Virus record (IMG/VR): IMGVR_UViG_3300033068_001325
Strand: one strand, 5' to 3'
Length of the DNA stretch: 64,000 nt
DNA from: an uncultured virus (IMG/VR IMGVR_UViG_3300033068_001325)
Taxonomy: Duplodnaviria; Heunggongvirae; Uroviricota; Caudoviricetes
The position numbers and the translations under genes were made by a program. The notes beneath the pieces are model-generated. The model saw nothing but the letters and a program-made list of their open reading frames with translations, was not told the origin of the DNA and did no database searches. Position 1 is the stretch's first letter; every line of letters begins with the position of its first letter. This document shows positions 47,301 through 54,673 of this stretch, piece after piece.

Positions 47301-48866
47301 ATAGAAAGCGCGGATTTCACCTTCGCTCGATGCGTTGAGGCCGGTCGGCGTGATGCCCAGCAGGATGATCAGCGGAATGCCGCTGACTGCCGACATCTGC
47401 TCTTGCGACTGCGCCTGCAGCTTGTCGAGGCTGCCAAGCGGCGTCGACACGTTGAAAAACTCTTCCGTGTCCTTGTCGAGCACGAATGAGCCGGCATTTG
47501 TGCGCATCGTATTGAATAGCTCGATGCGCTTGATCGCCTCCACCCCGCCGATTTCGAGATCGGCAGCCATGTTGGTGTAGACGCCGCTGACCGAGAACGA
47601 TTCGACCAAATCGCACACCGCTTGCCGCGTGCGCAGCCAGTTGTCGACATACGGCTTGGCCATCTGCGACATGGAAAGGCCGCCGAACGCATAGGCCGGC
47701 TTCAGAATGTCGGGGACTTCACGGCCGACGAAGCGCAGCAGGCGCGAACGGTGCACGGTGATGCCGTTCACATACCAGTGCTCGGGATTGTACCAATCGG
47801 CCTTCAGCGGATTGAGCGAGTTGTAGTTGGCCGGATAGCACCACATCGGCTCAACAGGGCGCACAGCTTTCAGCTTGCGCTTCTTGTTGACCTTCACCTT
47901 GGAAACGGTGCCGCGACCATTGCCGATCGGCGTCTGCAGCTCCTCGCCTTCGACTCCGAGATCGACAAACAGGTGATACCGGCCAAACCAGCCGTCACCC
48001 TCGGCGATGGTGTAGAAGGCGTCCTTCACGCGAAGGCGCCGCATTTCGTCTTCCAGCTCCTTGATGCGCTTGGCCTTGTCGAGCGACCGCTTCCTCTTCA
48101 CGGAATCGCGCACGCGCTGCTTGGTGTCGTCGAGCTCCGCCTCCGCTTCGTCGAGCTCCGCTTCCGCCGGGTCAGCCGGCACACCAGGCGCGCCGCCGCC
48201 ATCATTCACACCAGGCTTCGGCTCTGGACCCGGCGCCTCGTAGTCCTCATCGGGCGAATTGACGGTGTGGAACTGGATCCACTTGCGCGTCATCTCCGTC
48301 GCAATGCGTTCGGAGATCCGCCGATACTCGGCCCGCTGGGTGAGGGCGGCCAGGTACGAATACCCCAGAAAGCCGATTCCCTCGGCGAACGACACGTTGA
48401 GAGCGTCGCCCGCCCATGCCCCGACTTGGCCTATCTGGCCGGCCACCAGGCCATCGGGGCTGTAGTCCTGCCCCAAACCAGCGTCCTGCGCGAGCTTGCG
48501 GGCCGTTACCCCCTTGGGAAGCACCCCCTTTGGCGGTTCCCATGGAGCCAGGTACGAACCGGACGCCAGGGCTGCCTCAGCCAGCGGATTTCGCTTCCGC
48601 CGCATGCCCCGGGCGGCCTCGATCAGCTTTTCCATGTGCTGGCGGCGCTCGGCCGGGGTGGCGACCGCCCCTGCAGGCGGTGCAGGAGCCGCTGGCGTGG
48701 CCGCCGGTGCGGTTTTGGCGACTTCCGGCACCTTGGGCGCTACCGGCGAGCGGGCAGCCCTGTTGGCCTCCCTGCGCGTGCTGGCCCGCCCCGCGCCCAC
48801 GATCGCGCGCGTGAGGCCCGCGGCAATCGCCGCCTGCCGATCGGCCCGGGTGCGCCGCACCGTCAC
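44346..48866 (-). CDS. Portal protein (DUF1073-like) fused to kinase-like and ADP-ribosyltransferase domains
   Basis: Follows TerL; FLGYSYLAAL.QRAEYR, HRSRLL, LLGITPTGLNASSEGE, FTFVPLW; then GTNEGGVY...FYVK...NE...WLSNWD...DN...LDVGG; then YR...GFTSTS...EAEVLF. Confidence 0.9.
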   Translation of the reverse strand: MTVRRTRADRQAAIAAGLTRAIVGAGRASTRREANRAARSPVAPKVPEVAKTAPAATPAAPAPPAGAVATPAERRQHMEKLIEAARGMRRKRNPLAEAALASGSYLAPWEPPKGVLPKGVTARKLAQDAGLGQDYSPDGLVAGQIGQVGAWAGDALNVSFAEGIGFLGYSYLAALTQRAEYRRISERIATEMTRKWIQFHTVNSPDEDYEAPGPEPKPGVNDGGGAPGVPADPAEAELDEAEAELDDTKQRVRDSVKRKRSLDKAKRIKELEDEMRRLRVKDAFYTIAEGDGWFGRYHLFVDLGVEGEELQTPIGNGRGTVSKVKVNKKRKLKAVRPVEPMWCYPANYNSLNPLKADWYNPEHWYVNGITVHRSRLLRFVGREVPDILKPAYAFGGLSMSQMAKPYVDNWLRTRQAVCDLVESFSVSGVYTNMAADLEIGGVEAIKRIELFNTMRTNAGSFVLDKDTEEFFNVSTPLGSLDKLQAQSQEQMSAVSGIPLIILLGITPTGLNASSEGEIRAFYDTIAAFQEQFFRDHLQTVIHFIMRSLWGEVDDEITFTFVPLWSMTDKELAEIRKIEAETDGMLIDKGIITNAEARTRVANDADSEYHDIDPADVPEAPEPDPEGGDDPFGGREGGGSDGGEADGGFDQGASDEWNEADHPRAENGEFGSTGGGSKNPASESGSSSTTEASKKLDVSKLKKTGGKLGTNEGGVYTDDAGAKFYVKKPKTKEHVANEKAAARLYQLAGVNTLDYREAGPDHVVTAWEQLDKNRISSMTAEERKAAARDFGVHAWLSNWDAAGTGGDNQGIRAGEPVTLDVGGSLRYRAQGGPKGSAFGPKVSEIDSMRNPSMSPDAARLYGKMSPEELKESVARVTAIPDAKIRQAVGGDKELADILIARKQDLAKRFQLQAEDEAMMGAAMDAIGANLSESDMETDVIGNGYTARLENAEEPGETEDLSFDGDPTEVAPDVFAFDEATFDEGKHPRKKDGKFAPKGAGESGGGEEGEEAEADKGDKPVFKSKKEHIGWLLEKGTTPKELMTEMGWPSVSMPAQAAALGMKLEKKDGKYFGTKMTAEELEAFKKEQAAKKASKQDAVTKKAAETGAIPEPPSAIVGTPLGETLKKAEELNKKQPASPKIPNAPPAGQKPSTYAEWLGAFADAGAKDNPEKLKSLIADHPDFAQQFNASAHDKVKKLLAEKGVSLEKPKPKAPEASPADKEKAKKGVALKMQYVPGDKPETETMKKQANDLLDAFNKKWEGKEGLTNDQLNEKVADFKQLGVDMTELVKVEKKQKAELLKAEQEKAAWEQQQKMEAEKKALEEQFAKNPEMKDHYEAMEALFGGHKASGSYIKNAKAKLQTAGLTNYLTPEEAVGVIAYTGSHYRGVNDQLRKGVMTVAQYKLMKSINAGLDKMPAYQGTTYRKASLTAEQFALYKEGMVVEERGFTSTSKNKNVWSGSHQYTVHGKSGRDVQKISNYHNEAEVLFKSGTRFYVEKVEGNHITLREL

Positions 48867-50518
48867 CGGCGCCTCTTCATCTGGCGAGCACGGTCAAGCG
48901 TGCTGTCGGCAATCTTCATGGGGCCTCGCTCTGTTCGAGCAAACAACATCATCACGGCGTCGGCCAGGTTCGGCGACTTCGTGCCAGGCGGTTTCTTGTC
49001 TACCAGCATTTTGCCGGTCGGCGACTGTCCATAGCGGGGCTGCGAAAGCTCGCCGACCAGGCGCGTGCAGTACGGCAGCTCGGCCGGAATGCAAATGATC
49101 TCGTCAGGATCGCACGGCTTGTTCTCGCGCACCCAAAGATACGTGGCTCGAAAGCGCCGGCGCAGCGACCACCATCCCTGCGCCTTCATGTTCTTGAAGT
49201 AGTCTTCGTTCTTTCGACCCTTGACGTCTTCGGCTTCGGGCAGCACCACCGCGCCGCTGCCGCGGAAAGCGATCGTTGAAATCTGCCCGATGTGTTCGGC
49301 CTTGCGCGCCTCGTTGAGCACTCGCGCATCGCCGCGCACGCCGGCGCCCAAGCCATCAGCGTCATACTTGAAAGCGTTGAGGCCGTGCTTGTCGCAAAGC
49401 TCAAATACCTTCGTCACGGAATCGAAGATGTCGCCACCTTCACCAGTCCATTCCGCCAACGACGTCAGCACGACGCCGTGCGCGGTGACGAAAGCGTTCT
49501 TGTCCTTCCCCTCGTCGGCGACGTCCATCGCGCCGCGCTTCTCGCCGGTCGGCCGAATAGCGAGCTTCTTGTGAGCGTCGATCGCCGCGCGCACCCACTC
49601 GGCCGGAATGATAACGCCCTCGATCGAGGCCGAATAGTTGATGTCGATTTCCTGCGCGACGACTACGGGGTCGTCGATGTCTTCGACTTGCTTTTCGTAC
49701 CAGGCTTCATCTTTGCGCGGGTCGTCGCGCCAATGCAGCGTGAAGACTTCGATCTTCCCACTATGCCGGCGGTGCGCAAATGAGTTGGCCAAGCCATGCG
49801 GCGTCGAAATGTCGATGCGGCAGTTGGTCGTCTGTGAAAGGGCAAAGTCGACCGCTTTCGGGTTCTGCAAGTACGAGCTCTCGTCAACGAAATAGATCGC
49901 CTTGCGGTCACCGCGTCCGATGTTGTCTCCGGACTGCCCCGTCATTGTAGAGCCATTCGGGAACAGTATGCGCATGTGCGGCGCATACCGGTTCGGATCC
50001 CACGCGCCTTTGAATTCGCGCGGCAGCTCCTGCATGAAGACGCGGGCTTTCCAGAACAGCGACTTCGGGTCACCGATCTTGTCGACGTAGTCCTCCGTCA
50101 CGGAGCCGTAGCCAATGTTCATGCCGGGATAGAACAGGCAGAGCGTGCAGCCCATCGCTACGGCCAGCCAGGAGAGCCCACCATCTCGAGACTTGTCCGC
50201 CAGGCCAGGCCTGCGTTCACGCCATTTGCGGAAGATGAATTGACAGAATTCGACCTGCTTTGGGAACAGGACAAACGGCATCATGGATTCTTCGCCGACG
50301 TCGAGCTTGCGCGGGTCGACGGTGACGCCCCAATCGCCGATGAAATCCCACGGGTTCTCGCGATAGTAGTCGCGCAGCGCTGCGAGATATACCTCGCGCT
50401 CCGCCTCGGGCATGCTGCGGATGGCGCGCAGCCGCTCCGCTCGCTGCCTCCAGATCAGCTCGTAGCCAGGCGCCGGGTTCTTCCAGTCGAACGCCGGCAG
50501 CGCGCCGCTACGCGCCAT
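48863..50518 (-). CDS. terL: Terminase large subunit
   Basis: DKSRDGGLSW Walker A, YFVDES Walker B, ISTPHG, MDVADEG, SPNLADA. Confidence 0.93.
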   Translation of the reverse strand: MARSGALPAFDWKNPAPGYELIWRQRAERLRAIRSMPEAEREVYLAALRDYYRENPWDFIGDWGVTVDPRKLDVGEESMMPFVLFPKQVEFCQFIFRKWRERRPGLADKSRDGGLSWLAVAMGCTLCLFYPGMNIGYGSVTEDYVDKIGDPKSLFWKARVFMQELPREFKGAWDPNRYAPHMRILFPNGSTMTGQSGDNIGRGDRKAIYFVDESSYLQNPKAVDFALSQTTNCRIDISTPHGLANSFAHRRHSGKIEVFTLHWRDDPRKDEAWYEKQVEDIDDPVVVAQEIDINYSASIEGVIIPAEWVRAAIDAHKKLAIRPTGEKRGAMDVADEGKDKNAFVTAHGVVLTSLAEWTGEGGDIFDSVTKVFELCDKHGLNAFKYDADGLGAGVRGDARVLNEARKAEHIGQISTIAFRGSGAVVLPEAEDVKGRKNEDYFKNMKAQGWWSLRRRFRATYLWVRENKPCDPDEIICIPAELPYCTRLVGELSQPRYGQSPTGKMLVDKKPPGTKSPNLADAVMMLFARTERGPMKIADSTLDRARQMKRRR

Positions 50519-50672
50519 CCTTTTTCACTTCCTCAAGCGGCACCAGGCGCACCCAGCGCCCGCTCCGCACCTGCCATCGCTGACCTGTTGAGCCACTGGC
50601 AATAAAACCTTCCGGATAGTTGGCAGCGCTTGCCGCCGGCGGCCAATCTGGCGGCAGGTTACGATCGGTCAT
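50508..50672 (-). CDS. Small hypothetical protein
   Basis: Coupled to neighbours. Confidence 0.5.
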   Translation of the reverse strand: MTDRNLPPDWPPAASAANYPEGFIASGSTGQRWQVRSGRWVRLVPLEEVKKDGA

Positions 50673-50872
50673 GCGCTTCGCTTCCCCCACAGCGCCCACA
50701 CATAGCGCTGATAGTCCGCGTTCATACGATCACGCAGGCGTTCGGCCGCCGCTCGATCGACAAAGAGAGGCGTCTTCGGCTTGGTGCCATGGCTCGGCCG
50801 ACCGACAATGCCGAACTTGTCGGGACGGCCCCACACCGGCACCCGCGCAACGCGGTAGGGCTCAAAGATCAT
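50669..50872 (-). CDS. Small hypothetical protein
   Basis: ATGA overlaps on both sides. Confidence 0.5.
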   Translation of the reverse strand: MIFEPYRVARVPVWGRPDKFGIVGRPSHGTKPKTPLFVDRAAAERLRDRMNADYQRYVWALWGKRSA

Positions 50873-51375
50873 GCCTTCTTCGCCTTCTTTTCCGGCTGCT
50901 CGGCCGGCGCTTCAGGTTGAAGGTCGATCAGCTCAGAGCTGTCGCGCAACATGCGATAGGCTTCCTGCGCCGACATGCGCGTGATGGCGCCGACCACTCC
51001 GCCCGCCGGCACCGCGCCGCCAGGTGGCGTCTCCACCGACAGCGTGACCGACTTGAACTTCGGCGACTGAAAGTTGGCCAGCTTCGAAGCGGTATCCACC
51101 GTCAGCTCGAGATAGCGGTGGAACTTCTCATCGTTCGGATCCCGACCAGGCCCAGCGATCTCATTTGCCTCGAGCGGCTGGTGCTTGGCCGCTAGACCCA
51201 TCGACAGATGCATGATGTCGTCGAGCACGTCGACCGCCATCTTGCGCCCGGTCTCGCGCTTCTTCGTCAGCTCCACCAGCTGCTGCTGCGCCGCCGCCAG
51301 CTCCCGCTCCAGCGTCGCCCGGTCGAAGGAACCTTTCTTCTTCCCAGCACCAGGCCGAGCACCCCCACGAGGCAT
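50869..51375 (-). CDS. terS: Terminase small subunit
   Basis: MPRGGARPGAGKKKGS N-terminus; ASKLANFQSPKF; upstream of TerL. Confidence 0.78.
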   Translation of the reverse strand: MPRGGARPGAGKKKGSFDRATLERELAAAQQQLVELTKKRETGRKMAVDVLDDIMHLSMGLAAKHQPLEANEIAGPGRDPNDEKFHRYLELTVDTASKLANFQSPKFKSVTLSVETPPGGAVPAGGVVGAITRMSAQEAYRMLRDSSELIDLQPEAPAEQPEKKAKKA

Positions 51376-51394
51376 CCGCGCGCTCCCGAAGATT

Positions 51395-51640
51395 TCAGAA
51401 TTTCAATTCCGAGGGCGACGCGGCCGGACACTCAGGCAGAGCGCCCCGGATGACAGTCGCCTCGGTTGAAACAATGGAAATGGCCAAGGCTGGACCATCG
51501 GGGAGCGCTGCGCGGATGCGCGCGGCCGGAATGAGCAGCCAGAAGCCCGCCACGAGCATGAGGGCGACAACGAGAATGAGGGCGCATCCGATAGCGCTTT
51601 TGGCGACGCTGGTCATGCGGTCTTCAGCGGTAGGCGACAT
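51395..51640 (-). CDS. Small membrane protein
   Basis: Hydrophobic segment; GGGAG RBS. Confidence 0.5.
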   Translation of the reverse strand: MSPTAEDRMTSVAKSAIGCALILVVALMLVAGFWLLIPAARIRAALPDGPALAISIVSTEATVIRGALPECPAASPSELKF

Positions 51641-51743
51641 GGCTTTCTCCCTCCCCCCTCCGGGGGCTTCGCCCCGGTAGGGGTTTGTTTACCAACCCAC
51701 AGTAGCTTGACGTCGGTCACAAGCCAAACGGAGGGCCAAAATG

Positions 51744-51910
51744 CTAGAAAAACCTGCTGCCCCTTTGCCAAAGGGGTGCACCGTATACGGTCGCTCATGC
51801 CGGTGCTGCTATATCGACCAAAAGCTGCGCGTCTCTCACCCATCCCCGAAGGCGATGGGCTTGTGTGGGGCTTCACCCGCCTCCGCGCCGCAGCAGGAAC
51901 TTTCTTCTAG
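51744..51910 (-). ncRNA. Candidate multi-stem structured RNA upstream of the packaging genes
   Basis: Closing stem CTAGAA..CCTGCTGC/GCAGCAGG..TTCTAG enclosing several hairpins, a cUUCGg loop and complementary loops GGTCG/CGACC. Confidence 0.55.
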
Positions 51911-51920
51911 GGCAAAATGC

Positions 51921-52187
51921 CTATGCGGCGCAATTGCCGTTCCCTGCGGCTGCTGCCACGCTGGCTGCATCTGTCCCGATCACCGCCGCCCGCGCAGCGA
52001 GCTCTGCCGCAGCCTTGGCGGTCGCTTCCCGATCGGCGACGCCCTCCCGACGCCCGTCGACAAAGAGCACCCAGGATCCGGTAGGAAGCCCGTCGGCGGC
52101 CAGCACCTGCCGGACATATAGCTGCACACCGGCAACAACCTGATAAGCGCCACGCGCCCGGCCGTGAGTGAGCTGCCAATCTGCCAT
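51921..52187 (-). CDS. Hypothetical protein
   Basis: GAGGGG RBS. Confidence 0.45.
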   Translation of the reverse strand: MADWQLTHGRARGAYQVVAGVQLYVRQVLAADGLPTGSWVLFVDGRREGVADREATAKAAAELAARAAVIGTDAASVAAAAGNGNCAA

Positions 52188-52220
52188 TTCGTGCCCCTCA
52201 AACTTTTTTGAAAAAGGCAC

Positions 52221-52258
52221 TTGAAAAACGATGCCGGTTACTATACTGTAGCTTTAGT
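52221..52258 (+). promoter_or_regulatory. Sigma70-type promoter, copy 1
   Basis: TTGAAA-17 bp-TACTGT inside TACTATACnnTAGCTTTAGT. Confidence 0.7.
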
Positions 52259-52298
52259 TGAGCCGGACGGTTCAACGCTTCAAAACCCGGAGGGTCCA

Positions 52299-52373
52299 AT
52301 GACAATCGAACGAATGTTTTTCTACTTCTTCCTCGCACTGATAGCTCTCGCTGTCGCTGGCTCTATAGCTTGA
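52299..52373 (+). CDS. 24-aa hydrophobic peptide
   Basis: GGAGG RBS; MTIERMFFYFFLALIALAVAGSIA; below the ORF-track cutoff. Confidence 0.55.
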   Translation: MTIERMFFYFFLALIALAVAGSIA

Positions 52374-52390
52374 ACCGGGAGACTCGCGCT

Positions 52391-52843
52391 ATGTCCAACA
52401 ACCGCTTCGCAGAATTATTGGCAGTCTTCGAAAGCGAAGTCTCCAATCGCTCCCTCGACATCAGCGGCAAACGCCGTGAGACAGTTATAGCCGCGCTCCG
52501 CATCGCCGCTACGTATGTTCCACTGCCCAACATCCCCCACGCCACCGACAACGAAAAGCGCATCGTAGGCAAATTAGTCGAAGACCTACTGGCTGCAGGC
52601 TTCAAGATTTCGGTCAACGACGGCGAAGAAATCTGCCTTCGGAGATCATTCGATCCTTCCGAGATTTTTTCTGCTCTTTCCAGCACCAGCCAAGACTACC
52701 TGATTGTGCACGGCAATAGAATTGCTGACCGATGGGTAAGACTGATTTGGGGCAACGACGTTGATGTCATTAGCGATTATCACGTCGGCCTCGAGCCCTA
52801 CCTCGCCGGTGCCAATGCTCTCGCAAATGAGCTCGATTCGTGA
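52391..52843 (+). CDS. Hypothetical phage protein
   Basis: GGAG RBS; ISVNDGEE...LIWGNDVDVISDY. Confidence 0.72.
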   Translation: MSNNRFAELLAVFESEVSNRSLDISGKRRETVIAALRIAATYVPLPNIPHATDNEKRIVGKLVEDLLAAGFKISVNDGEEICLRRSFDPSEIFSALSSTSQDYLIVHGNRIADRWVRLIWGNDVDVISDYHVGLEPYLAGANALANELDS

Positions 52844-53043
52844 GCCGCACTTCCGCACAAGAGGGCGCGCGCATCGCGCGCCATATGATCGCCGACCAAG
52901 TCGCGACAGCGCTGCGTGCCTTCTATGGCTCTGATGCTCTCGTTGAGGTAGGCGAAACCAACACCGGTCTGCAGCAGCTGCGCCTGCAGCTACGTGATGG
53001 ACCTATCTTTCATCTCACCCTGACGAAAGCGAGAAACCAGTGA
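52840..53043 (+). CDS. Hypothetical protein
   Basis: GTGA overlaps. Confidence 0.55.
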   Translation: MSRTSAQEGARIARHMIADQVATALRAFYGSDALVEVGETNTGLQQLRLQLRDGPIFHLTLTKARNQ

Positions 53044-53219
53044 GCCCAAATTACAAACCCTGCGACATCAGCGAATGCAGCCGCTCATACTTGGAGTGGC
53101 TTGCCGCCGAATTGGAGCGGCAGAAGGCAGAAGGAAAGCCGATCAATCAAGCCTATCTTGACAATGTGAAGAAAGCCATTCCCTTCGCGCCGCTGCACTT
53201 CATTACTCACGAGCTCTGA
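53040..53219 (+). CDS. Hypothetical 59-aa protein
   Basis: GTGA overlap; open frame read by hand. Confidence 0.5.
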   Translation: MSPNYKPCDISECSRSYLEWLAAELERQKAEGKPINQAYLDNVKKAIPFAPLHFITHEL

Positions 53220-53243
53220 TACAGCAAATGCTGCATTGAGGGC

Positions 53244-53281
53244 TTGATGCCAGCCTGAAACTACTATACCATAGCTTTAGT
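53244..53281 (+). promoter_or_regulatory. Sigma70-type promoter, copy 2
   Basis: TTGATG-17 bp-TACCAT inside TACTATACnnTAGCTTTAGT. Confidence 0.7.
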
Positions 53282-53300
53282 CAAACGGAAGGGAAGCCCG

Positions 53301-53477
53301 ATGACGCCAGCTAAAATCAAACTCGACAAGACCACTCCGCTGTCAGTGCTTCGCGCGCTGGCGCTGTCTTTCGCCCGCGACATCGACAATGGCGAGGATC
53401 GGGACGGCGAGCTCCGCTGCGAGCTCGAGCGAGTGATGTCTCTTGTCCCCGACGCCAGGGAGGCGCGTTTCACATGA
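53301..53477 (+). CDS. Hypothetical 58-aa protein
   Basis: Purine-rich RBS; ATGA overlap; read by hand. Confidence 0.55.
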   Translation: MTPAKIKLDKTTPLSVLRALALSFARDIDNGEDRDGELRCELERVMSLVPDAREARFT

Positions 53478-53707
53478 TGGCCAAGAAGCACAAGGTTCTG
53501 AAGCCGGGATACTATCCCCTCACGCTCACCGCGGAAGTTTTTGCGCTGGTCGTCGCCAAGCCGATCTTCAAGACGCCGTTCGCAGTCTGCAAGCCGAACG
53601 GCAAATGGAATGTCGCCATCACCATCTCGACGAAAGACCAGATCGAAACCGCGGCGCTGCCCGGCGAGAACTGGTCGGACACCGTCAAGCGCATGGTGAA
53701 GAAATGA
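53474..53707 (+). CDS. Hypothetical protein
   Basis: GGAGG RBS; ATGA overlaps. Confidence 0.6.
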   Translation: MMAKKHKVLKPGYYPLTLTAEVFALVVAKPIFKTPFAVCKPNGKWNVAITISTKDQIETAALPGENWSDTVKRMVKK

Positions 53708-54135
53708 CCGAAGGCCACCGCATCAACGACGCCGGCGCAGCGCTCGCCTTCCTGCTGGCCGGCAAAGCCACGGTAACGCTGAAGAGCGAAGCCACCGGCG
53801 ACCATCTCACCTTTCAGGTGCGCAAGTGGAGCAAGGCGAAGAACGGCACCATGCACTTCGTCAGCGTGCGCACCGGAAACGACTTCGCCAAGATCGGCGT
53901 CATCCGAAACGGCGATCGCTTCTGGCATGACGACGACCGCACCGACCTGCCGCACAGCGACAATCGCGTGAAGGGTTTCCGCTACGCTTTCCAGCATCTG
54001 TGCGAGAAGCACATGCCGCCGAAGTGCGAGGTTTGGCACGAAGGTTCATGCGGCCGCTGCGGCCGCCCGCTCAACGACCCCGAGTCGATCGAGCGCGGTA
54101 TTGGCCCCGAGTGCCTGAAGAAGATGGGAGGCTGA
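53704..54135 (+). CDS. DUF6011-like zinc-finger protein
   Basis: FLLAGKATVTLKS..TG.HLTF; CGRCGRPLNDPESIERGIGPEC. Confidence 0.82.
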   Translation: MTEGHRINDAGAALAFLLAGKATVTLKSEATGDHLTFQVRKWSKAKNGTMHFVSVRTGNDFAKIGVIRNGDRFWHDDDRTDLPHSDNRVKGFRYAFQHLCEKHMPPKCEVWHEGSCGRCGRPLNDPESIERGIGPECLKKMGG

Positions 54136-54137
54136 TT

Positions 54138-54371
54138 TTGACCGAAGCACTCATGAACCTGACGTTCAATCGCTGGATAAACAGTCTTGCTGACAGCGAC
54201 CCAATTTTGGCGCTTGACCGCGAATTGGTGAAGCGCGCCTTCACTGTAGGTTGGGAAAACCGGCATGATGGCACCAACATTGCGGAAGAGCCGCCGCCAC
54301 CGATCGACGACGGCAGCTGCGACCCTCTTTACGGCCTGCGCATCGATAGTGCCGATTGCGGCGAGAATTGA
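54138..54371 (+). CDS. Hypothetical protein
   Basis: GGAGG then TTG (alternative ATG 54153). Confidence 0.5.
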   Translation: MTEALMNLTFNRWINSLADSDPILALDRELVKRAFTVGWENRHDGTNIAEEPPPPIDDGSCDPLYGLRIDSADCGEN

Positions 54372-54411
54372 TTTTAACCGGGCTCTGCCCACAACACGAG
54401 AGGAAGTCACC

Positions 54412-54606
54412 ATGACCAAGAAGACCACCCGCAAGGACGAAGTGATCGCGATGATGAAGCGCAAGTCGGGCGCCACCGTCGAGCAGATTTGCGCGAAGAC
54501 CGGCATGCAGGCGCACAGCGCGCGCGCCTTCATCTCGCGGCTCGACGTTGAAGTGACGAAGACCAAGAACGGCGATAAGCCGACGGTCTATAGCGTGATG
54601 GCCTAA
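54412..54606 (+). CDS. DUF3489-like winged-helix protein
   Basis: KDEVIAMMKRKSGATVEQICAKTGMQAHSARAFIS. Confidence 0.8.
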   Translation: MTKKTTRKDEVIAMMKRKSGATVEQICAKTGMQAHSARAFISRLDVEVTKTKNGDKPTVYSVMA

Positions 54607-54673
54607 TGCAATACGACGCTCATATACGCGCATGGCTTAGGTGGTGGGTTTATTTCGACTCAGTCCACACTGC

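Noticed and set aside
44346..50518. Intein or intron as the cause of the oversized portal, or within TerL
   Set aside because: No intein splice-junction motifs or LAGLIDADG blocks seen; the extra length is C-terminal cargo and TerL is normal in size
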